From the NCBI GenBank assembly GCA_964194675.1, contig CAXMND010000064.1, positions 33,809 through 97,808 on the forward strand: a stretch of 64,000 nt of DNA, written 5' to 3'. The notes under the pieces are model-generated. The model was not told the origin of the DNA and did no database searches. It was given only the letters and a program-made list of their open reading frames with translations. This document shows, one piece after another, positions 1-4,987 of this stretch (its first letter is position 1; each line of letters starts with the position of its first letter). The position numbers and the translations under genes were made by a program. Origin of the DNA: an uncultured Coxiellaceae bacterium. Its GTDB lineage: Bacteria; Myxococcota_A; Polyangia; Polyangiales; Houyiibacteriaceae.

Positions 1-1
1 G

Positions 2-1024
2 TACCGCTTCGTCTGGGAAGGTCGCCTCTGGCTGCAAGGGTACAACCCCTACCGCCTCGCCCCCGCGGATCCCGCGCTCGAGCCACTGCGAGACGAAGTC
101 TGGGCGGCGATCAACAACAAGTCCCTTGCGAGCGTTTACCCCCCGCTATCTCAGGCTCTGTTCGTCCTGGTCGCGCTGATTGGCGGCGGGATCTGGACGG
201 TGAAGCTCATCGCTCTCACCGCTCACGTCGTCACTACCGTCGTGGTCTCAAGGGTTTCTCCCGATCCGCGCGCTCCTCTTGCTCTCGCGCTCAATCCCCT
301 CCTCTTGAGCGAAGGCGCTCTCAACGGGCACCTCGACCTGCTCATCGGTCTCGCCCTGCTGGTCGCGGCGTGGGCCCTGTCGCGACACCGGATTGTGAGG
401 GCCGCGATCGCCGCCTGCGTTGCCGTGGGCCTCAAAGCGGTGGGTATGGTCATGATGCCTCTCTTCGTTCGTCGTCCGATCGCCCTCTCGGCTGTCGTGG
501 CGGTATCGGCCTTTGTTTTGTCACCGCTGGTGGCCTACCGACCGTTTGCGGATACCGCTTCGGGCCCCCTGCAGTTCGCGGCTCGCTGGCGCGGGAATGA
601 AAGCATCTACGCGGTTATCGAGTGGATGAGCCGTCAGGTCGTCGAGGAAAGCGTCGCGATCACTGTGGCCCGCGCAAGCGTGGTCGGGGTTGTGCTCGCC
701 GTCGGAGCGATCTCGGTCGCAAAGCGCATCCCTCCGCTTCGTGCCACGCGCATCATCCTGTGGACGACCCTGCTCCTTTCACCTCAAGTTCACCCTTGGT
801 ATCTCGCCTGGTTGCTGCCGATCGAGATCGTGGCTGGCGGTCTCGCCGGCTTGGTGTGGAGCGCGAGCATCCTTTGCGCCTATGCTCCGCTCGATCGCTG
901 GCTCGCTGAGGGGGTGTGGGAGATGCCGATCGCGCTTCAGGTCTTCGAGTACTCGGCGGTCGCCCTCGCCCTGGTCGTTGAGGGGCGCCGATCGAGGGCG
1001 CAAGACCCATGGTGGAACAGCTAG
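2..1024 (+). CDS. GT-C-type polytopic membrane glycosyltransferase (DUF2029/GT87-like), 5' end outside window
   Basis: The frame is open from the window edge, with no stop in codons 2-199. The track ORF 200..1024 is only its GTG-initiated tail. Very hydrophobic multi-TM protein. The N-terminal part reads GYNPYRL...SVYPPLSQALF and the C-terminal part reads QVHPWYLAWLLP, motifs I associate with mannosyltransferase-like GT-C enzymes. Family assignment is by eye only. Confidence 0.55.
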   Translation, partial: YRFVWEGRLWLQGYNPYRLAPADPALEPLRDEVWAAINNKSLASVYPPLSQALFVLVALIGGGIWTVKLIALTAHVVTTVVVSRVSPDPRAPLALALNPLLLSEGALNGHLDLLIGLALLVAAWALSRHRIVRAAIAACVAVGLKAVGMVMMPLFVRRPIALSAVVAVSAFVLSPLVAYRPFADTASGPLQFAARWRGNESIYAVIEWMSRQVVEESVAITVARASVVGVVLAVGAISVAKRIPPLRATRIILWTTLLLSPQVHPWYLAWLLPIEIVAGGLAGLVWSASILCAYAPLDRWLAEGVWEMPIALQVFEYSAVALALVVEGRRSRAQDPWWNS

Positions 1025-1157
1025 ATTGATTCATAATTTCAGTATGTTGTCTGTCGCACCGGCCGGTGGTGAGCTCCTCGCTGGGTTTTAGCTTGCAGGG
1101 AGGACACCAGCCCCTAAACTGCGCGGCCCCTGAGTACCAGGGCGTGACGGATTCACC

Positions 1158-1466
1158 ATGTACGCGGTCATTCAAACAGGCGGAAAACAGTATCGCGTCG
1201 CCGAGGGCGACACGATTCGCGTCGAAAAGCTGCTGGGCGACGTGGGCTCCAAAGTGGAGTTCGACGACATCCTGATGGTTGGCGGTGGCAAGGTCGCGGT
1301 GGGCAAGCCCCTTGTCGGTGGCGCCAAGGTCGTAGCCGAAATCACGGCGCAGGACCTTGCCAAGAAAATCATCGTCTTCAAGATGAAGCGCCGAAAGGGC
1401 TATCGTCGTCGACGGGGCCATCGTCAGCCCTACACCGAGCTTCGCATCGACAGCTTGAAAGGGTAG
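1158..1466 (+). CDS. rplU: 50S ribosomal protein L21
   Basis: MYAVIQTGGKQYRVAEGDTIRVEKL... is the canonical L21 N-terminus. 102 aa, immediately upstream of L27. Confidence 0.97.
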   Translation: MYAVIQTGGKQYRVAEGDTIRVEKLLGDVGSKVEFDDILMVGGGKVAVGKPLVGGAKVVAEITAQDLAKKIIVFKMKRRKGYRRRRGHRQPYTELRIDSLKG

Positions 1467-1475
1467 GGAAGCGCC

Positions 1476-1736
1476 ATGGCACACAAAAAGGGTCAGGGTT
1501 CAACCCGCAACGGGCGCGATTCGCAGCCCCAGTACCGGGGAGTCAAGGCATTCGGTGGGCAGACCGTGTCCGCTGGTAGTATCTTGGTTCGTCAGGTCGG
1601 TCAGTCTTTTCACCCCGGCGAGAATGTCGGTGTCGGGAAGGACTACACGTTGTGGGCCAAGGTTGACGGCGTGGTGAAGTTCGAGCGCCGCGGCCGAACG
1701 GGCAAGCGTGTGAGCGTCTATCCCGTCAACGGTTGA
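1476..1736 (+). CDS. rpmA: 50S ribosomal protein L27
   Basis: [29 protein letters not shown]...FHPGENVG is canonical L27. It lies 9 nt after rplU. Confidence 0.97.
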   Translation: MAHKKGQGSTRNGRDSQPQYRGVKAFGGQTVSAGSILVRQVGQSFHPGENVGVGKDYTLWAKVDGVVKFERRGRTGKRVSVYPVNG

Positions 1737-1745
1737 GCACTTCCC

Positions 1746-3233
1746 TTGCAGGAGCGGTTCCCGGCGCCGGAATTCCACTCCCCTCGGGGGAGCATCTTTC
1801 CGCCACCCGCGGGACGTCGCGTCTATTGCAATCGCAACTTGAGGCTCGACCAAATCAGCGTGGTCGGCTTCGACATGGACTATACGCTCGCGATCTATCG
1901 CCAAGCGGAAATCGACCGGCTCAGCATCGAAGCAACCCTCGTCAAGCTCGTCGAGCGCGGCTACCCCGAGGAGCTCCTATCGATGAAATACCGGACGGAC
2001 TTTCCCGTTCGAGGCCTGCTGATCGATCGGAAGCTCGGCAATGTGCTCAAGATGGACCGTTACCGTTACGTGAAGACCGCGTACCACGGGTTTCGCAAGC
2101 TCACGCGCGAAGAGCGTCGCCGAGCCTACCACACCCGACGCCTTCGCCCGGGCACGGAGCGCTACCACTGGGTCGACACGCTGTACGCGCTTTCGGAAGT
2201 CGCGGTCTACGCTGCAGTGGTCGATCACTTCGAGAACCGCGGGCGCACCGTCGACTACGGCAAGCTCTTCGCCGATGTCCGAGAGTGTGCGGATATCTCG
2301 CACCAGGACGGATCGATCCTCGACGTGGTTCTCGCGGACCTCCCCAAGTACGTGGAGCCCGATCCTGACATCGGCGTCCTGTTCCACAAGCTCCGCAGTG
2401 CCGGCAAGCGCCTTTTCGTCCTCACCAACTCAGGACCCGAATACACCAGCGCCATGATGTCGCATCTCCTCGATGACGCGCTTGACGAGTACCCCAGCTG
2501 GAGAAACTATTTCGACTACGTCATGACGGCCGCGAAGAAGCCGAGTTTTTTTACGGGCAACGCTCCCTTCGTCGACTTCGAAACCGAGGAAGAGACCACG
2601 AAGCCCAAACGCGGGCGAGTCTACTTGGGGGGCAACATCGCCGCTCTTCGACGCACCCTCGCCGTGCCAGGAGACGAGGTGCTCTACGTCGGTGACCACA
2701 TCTACGGCGACGTTCTTCGCGCCAAGAAGGAATCCGCGTGGCGCACCGCAATGATCATTCAAGAGATGGATGACGAGCTGCGGACTTTGCGCGAGCACGC
2801 GGTCAGCTTCGAACGCCACGATGCTCTCGAGGAGATGCGTATAGCGGTGCAGGACGAGCTCAGAGAGAATCAAGCGCGCTTGAAGGAAGTCGAGCGAGCG
2901 CTCAACAGCGACGCCCCGAACTCTCCCAAGCCGGCGCTCGAGGCCCAGCGATCTCGCCACCGTCGCTCGATCGACCGCCTTCGGGCCCAACTCCGCGATC
3001 TCGACGCGGAGAGCTCCGCCCTGAACGACACCCTCGACGAGGCTTTCCACCCGTTCTGGGGTTCCAGCTTCAAGGCGGGCAACGAGATCTCGAGCTTCGG
3101 CAACCAAGTCGAACAGTACGCGTGCCTCTATACGTCACGCGCCACGAACTTCACGCAATACTCGCCAATGCACTACTTCGAGAGCCCCAGGCACCGGATG
3201 GCGCATGAAGCGGGCACGAGCCCCGGCGCGTAG
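1746..3233 (+). CDS. HAD-IG family 5'-nucleotidase (cytosolic cN-II-like)
   Basis: RVYCNRNLRLDQISVVGFDMDYTLAIY carries HAD motif I (DxDxT). Also present: ...LFVLTNSGPEYT... and ...LYVGDHIYGDVLRAKK... The overall layout matches the 5'-nucleotidase (PF05761-type) family. Only a TTG start is available, 10 nt after the rpmA stop. Confidence 0.8.
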   Translation: MQERFPAPEFHSPRGSIFPPPAGRRVYCNRNLRLDQISVVGFDMDYTLAIYRQAEIDRLSIEATLVKLVERGYPEELLSMKYRTDFPVRGLLIDRKLGNVLKMDRYRYVKTAYHGFRKLTREERRRAYHTRRLRPGTERYHWVDTLYALSEVAVYAAVVDHFENRGRTVDYGKLFADVRECADISHQDGSILDVVLADLPKYVEPDPDIGVLFHKLRSAGKRLFVLTNSGPEYTSAMMSHLLDDALDEYPSWRNYFDYVMTAAKKPSFFTGNAPFVDFETEEETTKPKRGRVYLGGNIAALRRTLAVPGDEVLYVGDHIYGDVLRAKKESAWRTAMIIQEMDDELRTLREHAVSFERHDALEEMRIAVQDELRENQARLKEVERALNSDAPNSPKPALEAQRSRHRRSIDRLRAQLRDLDAESSALNDTLDEAFHPFWGSSFKAGNEISSFGNQVEQYACLYTSRATNFTQYSPMHYFESPRHRMAHEAGTSPGA

Positions 3234-3245
3234 CAGCGGCGGGGA

Positions 3246-3330
3246 CAGACAGCGTCAGCGCCAGTGTCAGCGCCAGCGCCAGTGCCAGCGCCCCCAGTGT
3301 CAGTGCCAGCGCCCGTGTCAGCGTCCATGT
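3246..3330. repeat. Period-6 tandem array, CAGYGY type (array 1)
   Basis: CAGA CAGCGT CAGCGC CAGTGT CAGCGC CAGCGC CAGTGC CAGCGC (CCC) CAGTGT CAGTGC CAGCGC CCGTGT CAGCGT CCATGT. Starts 13 nt after the 5'-nucleotidase stop and is intergenic. Confidence 0.9.
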
Positions 3331-3348
3331 GATCATTCTTGGGTCGCC

Positions 3349-3423
3349 GTGATTTCCTTTCTGAGCGGCTCGGCCCCCCCTCCCGTTTGTGAGGGGACCC
3401 GATCCACTCAGAAAGGAAATCAC
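3349..3423 (+). promoter_or_regulatory. 75-nt rod-like leader hairpin sequestering the SD of the first 4HB gene
   Basis: A perfect 17-bp outer stem pairs GTGATTTCCTTTCTGAG (3349-3365) with CTCAGAAAGGAAATCAC (3407-3423). An inner 7-bp helix with one mismatch pairs GGCTCGG with CCGATCC. The apical stem is CCCCTC(8 nt)GAGGGG (3377-3396). The 3' arm contains the AAAGGAAAT Shine-Dalgarno region and ends 2 nt before the ATG at 3426. Confidence 0.75.
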
Positions 3424-3425
3424 TC

Positions 3426-3752
3426 ATGGGACTCATCGTTCAACAGAAAGCACTTCAGGCAGCGAGGGGGCTTCAGCCTCTTCTGCCCATCATCAGGAAG
3501 CGCGACAAGGACCTCTTCGACCAGGTTCGGAGGGCTATGAATAGCGTCGTTCTCAATATTGCCGAGGCTGATGGAAATGACTCGGGGACGGCGAGAGCTC
3601 GCTTTGCGACTGCGTGTGGCTCAGCCAAGGAAGTCCGTGTGGGGCTCCAGCTTGCCGCAGCCTACGGCTACATCGGCCAAACCCGATTGGCGGAAGTGGA
3701 CATCGCGCTCGATGAGGTCTGCGCGATGTCCTGGAGGCTGTCGGGCCGTTAG
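3426..3752 (+). CDS. Four-helix-bundle protein (23S rRNA intervening-sequence protein / Avd-like family)
   Basis: 108 aa. The core DQVRRAMNSVVLNIAEADGNDSGTARARFATACGSAKEVRVGLQLA matches the pattern I know for the PF05635/TIGR02436-type 4HB family. The SD is inside the upstream hairpin. Confidence 0.8.
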   Translation: MGLIVQQKALQAARGLQPLLPIIRKRDKDLFDQVRRAMNSVVLNIAEADGNDSGTARARFATACGSAKEVRVGLQLAAAYGYIGQTRLAEVDIALDEVCAMSWRLSGR

Positions 3753-4081
3753 CCCCTCCGAGCCAAGCACCACGTAATGGCACACACCTCGTCGAGTTTC
3801 TCGTCGAGGTGGGTCGCCGTCTGTGCCTCGATGTACCCCCAGTCGCTTGCCACATCGAGTGCCGCCCGAACTTCCTTCGCGGACCCACACGCGGTGGCAA
3901 AGCGCGCCCGCGCATTCCCCGCATCACTCCCCCGAGCTTCCGCGATATTGAGGACCACACTCTGCGCAGCCCTCTTGAGCTGGTCTGCAAGCACCCGATC
4001 TCGTCCCTGCACCACCCGGAGGAGCGGAGCGAGCTCCCGCACAACCTTTCGGGCTCGGATGTAAACGTTAGTGGATTGCAT
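3749..4081 (-). CDS. Four-helix-bundle protein, paralog of the adjacent gene
   Basis: 110 aa. The core DQLKRAAQSVVLNIAEARGSDAGNARARFATACGSAKEVRAALDVA is nearly identical to its neighbour. AAGGAG lies 6 nt before the ATG. Its stop codon overlaps the stop of the + strand gene (TTAG at 3749-3752). Confidence 0.8.
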   Translation of the reverse strand: MQSTNVYIRARKVVRELAPLLRVVQGRDRVLADQLKRAAQSVVLNIAEARGSDAGNARARFATACGSAKEVRAALDVASDWGYIEAQTATHLDEKLDEVCAITWCLARRG

Positions 4082-4087
4082 TTTGTA

Positions 4088-4153
4088 CTCCTTGATTTGG
4101 GTTTGGGCCCCGTTGGCCTCACCCCGCTGTGGTCACAAACCCAAATCAAGGAG
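4088..4153 (-). promoter_or_regulatory. 66-nt leader hairpin sequestering the SD of the second 4HB gene
   Basis: A perfect 18-bp stem pairs CTCCTTGATTTGGGTTTG (4088-4105) with CAAACCCAAATCAAGGAG (4136-4153), with a 30-nt loop. On the minus-strand mRNA the 3' arm carries AAGGAG followed by TACAAAATG. Confidence 0.75.
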
Positions 4154-4156
4154 CGC

Positions 4157-4252
4157 CAGCGCCAGCGCCAGCGCCAGCGCCAGCGCCAGTGCCAGCGCCA
4201 GTGCCAGCGCCAGCGCCAGTGCCAGCGCCAGTGCCAGCGCCAGCGCCAGTGC
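4157..4252. repeat. Period-6 tandem array, CAGYGC type, 16 perfect units (array 2)
   Basis: (CAGCGC)x5, then two copies of the 30-nt block CAGTGC CAGCGC CAGTGC CAGCGC CAGCGC (4187-4216 and 4217-4246), then CAGTGC. Verified against the AS- and PA/PV-repeat translations in the ORF track. Confidence 0.95.
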
Positions 4253-4338
4253 CGGGCGCGGGTCCTTCAGGTGTTTTTTTTGTTCCCACGAGCCCGCTCT
4301 TGTCTATACTGCTGTCGCTAACGGAAGAGGAGCGCGAC

Positions 4339-4629
4339 ATGGCCAAAGCAGTAACGAAGAAGCGAACCACCAAGAAGGCCGCGAAGAAGCGAGCCGCGCC
4401 GAAGAAGGCCGCCAAGAAACGCGCGAGTAGCGCCGCTAAGCGCGCGAGAGCTGAAGTGGACGCATTGAGGAAGAGGGCCACCAAAGAGCTCGCCGCTCTC
4501 AGGAAGAAGCTCGACAAGGCAAGGCGGGACGCAAAGAAAGAAACGGCTGCCCTCAAAAAGAAGCTCACCGCCGCAACAAAGACGCTTCAAAAGAAAACAA
4601 AGAAAAAGCGACCCGCCAAGAAGAAGTAG
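4339..4629 (+). CDS. Lys/Ala-rich histone H1-like nucleoid-associated protein
   Basis: MAKAVTKKRTTKKAAKKRAAPKKAAKKRASS...KKTKKKRPAKKK. 96 aa, with KKAA-type basic repeats flanking a coiled-coil-like core (AEVDALRKRATKELAALRKKLDKARRDAKKE). GGAAGAGGAG lies 6-15 nt before the ATG. The upstream part of track ORF 4129..4629 is just the hexamer array read as PAPAPV. Confidence 0.6.
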   Translation: MAKAVTKKRTTKKAAKKRAAPKKAAKKRASSAAKRARAEVDALRKRATKELAALRKKLDKARRDAKKETAALKKKLTAATKTLQKKTKKKRPAKKK

Positions 4630-4719
4630 ACGCGCGGTAACGTCCAGCGACTGCGCCAGCGTGAACTCCAGGGGGGATGCTTGCGAAGCGGCACACAGGT
4701 GCTAAGTCGGGCTCCCCTT

Positions 4720-4792
4720 GGGGCGGTAGCTCAGCTGGGAGAGCACTACACTGGCAGTGTAGGGGTCCGGGGTTCGATCCCCCGTCGCTCCA
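4720..4792 (+). tRNA. tRNA-Ala (anticodon GGC)
   Basis: Hand-folded cloverleaf. The acceptor GGGGCGG/TCGCTCC includes the G3:U70 alanine identity pair. D arm GCTC-AGCTGGGA-GAGC. Anticodon arm CTACA-CTGGCAG-TGTAG, with GGC at 4753-4755. T arm CGGGG-TTCGATC-CCCCG. Discriminator A. CCA is not encoded (the sequence continues CCCC). Confidence 0.93.
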
Positions 4793-4803
4793 CCCCATGA
4801 AAC

Positions 4804-4836
4804 CGACGCTTTGCGTCGTCCGGGGGGCAAACCCCC
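4804..4836 (+). terminator. Two tandem GC hairpins just 3' of the tRNA (possible terminator or processing signal)
   Basis: CGACGC-TTT-GCGTCG (4804-4818) and GGGGGG-CAAA-CCCCC (4822-4836). No U-tract follows. Confidence 0.3.
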
Positions 4837-4840
4837 ACGT

Positions 4841-4943
4841 CCACTGGCACTGGCGCTGACACTGGCGCTGGCACTGACACTGGCATTGGCACTGGCGCTG
4901 GAACTGGCACTGACACTGGCGCTGACGCTGGCGCTGAGCACTG
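4841..4943. repeat. Period-6 tandem array, reverse-complement form RCRCTG, 17 units (array 3)
   Basis: CCACTG GCACTG GCGCTG ACACTG GCGCTG GCACTG ACACTG GCATTG GCACTG GCGCTG GAACTG GCACTG ACACTG GCGCTG ACGCTG GCGCTG AGCACTG. Opposite orientation to arrays 1 and 2. Confidence 0.95.
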
Positions 4944-4987
4944 GGACCGTCATCCCAAATTTTGACGTTTCAGGTTGGGGCAGCGAA

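Noticed and set aside
1025-1157. A ribosomal-protein leader or promoter upstream of rplU
   Set aside because: An AT-rich stretch (about 1025-1050) and a 12-nt palindrome CACCGGCCGGTG (about 1058-1069) are visible. I could not assemble a convincing -35/-10 pair or a known L21-leader structure.
753-1484. 243-aa minus-strand ORF covering the GT-C gene end and rplU
   Set aside because: It is antisense to rplU and the glycosyltransferase and has no coding signal of its own.
3205-3540. 111-aa ORF with a QRQRQCQRQ repeat
   Set aside because: It is array 1 and the leader hairpin read in one frame, and it overlaps the real 4HB start out of frame. Dipeptide-repeat translations of a hexamer array are not evidence of coding.
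3426-4081. A diversity-generating retroelement, since 4HB proteins are Avd-like
   Set aside because: There is no reverse transcriptase, no template/variable repeat pair and no target gene with a C-type-lectin or Ig-like variable region anywhere in the 64 kb.
3349-4153. A 23S rRNA intervening sequence
   Set aside because: There is no rRNA sequence in the window. The hairpins precede the ORFs rather than bracketing them inside an rRNA helix.
4071-4430. 119-aa ORF with an (AS)17 repeat, and the PAPAPV N-terminal extension of ORF 4129..4629
   Set aside because: Both are array 2 read in two frames. The H1-like gene has its own ATG (4339) with a good SD downstream of the array.
4720-4792. An integrated prophage or genomic island at tRNA-Ala
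   Set aside because: There is no integrase, no phage genes and no direct repeat of the tRNA 3' end that I could find. Only the small 4HB/H1 cassette is unusual.
4841-4943. GCTGGCG motifs in the arrays as Chi-like recombination hotspots
   Set aside because: The resemblance to E. coli Chi (GCTGGTGG) is only 6 of 8 positions. The Chi sequence of this lineage is unknown to me, so the idea is not supportable from sequence alone.
4811-4987. 59-codon LALALTLALA N-terminal extension of the PDZ membrane protein, and the antisense ORF 4702..5004
   Set aside because: The extension is array 3 read in frame. A lipoprotein-type signal peptide starts at ATG 4988. The antisense ORF also overlaps the tRNA.
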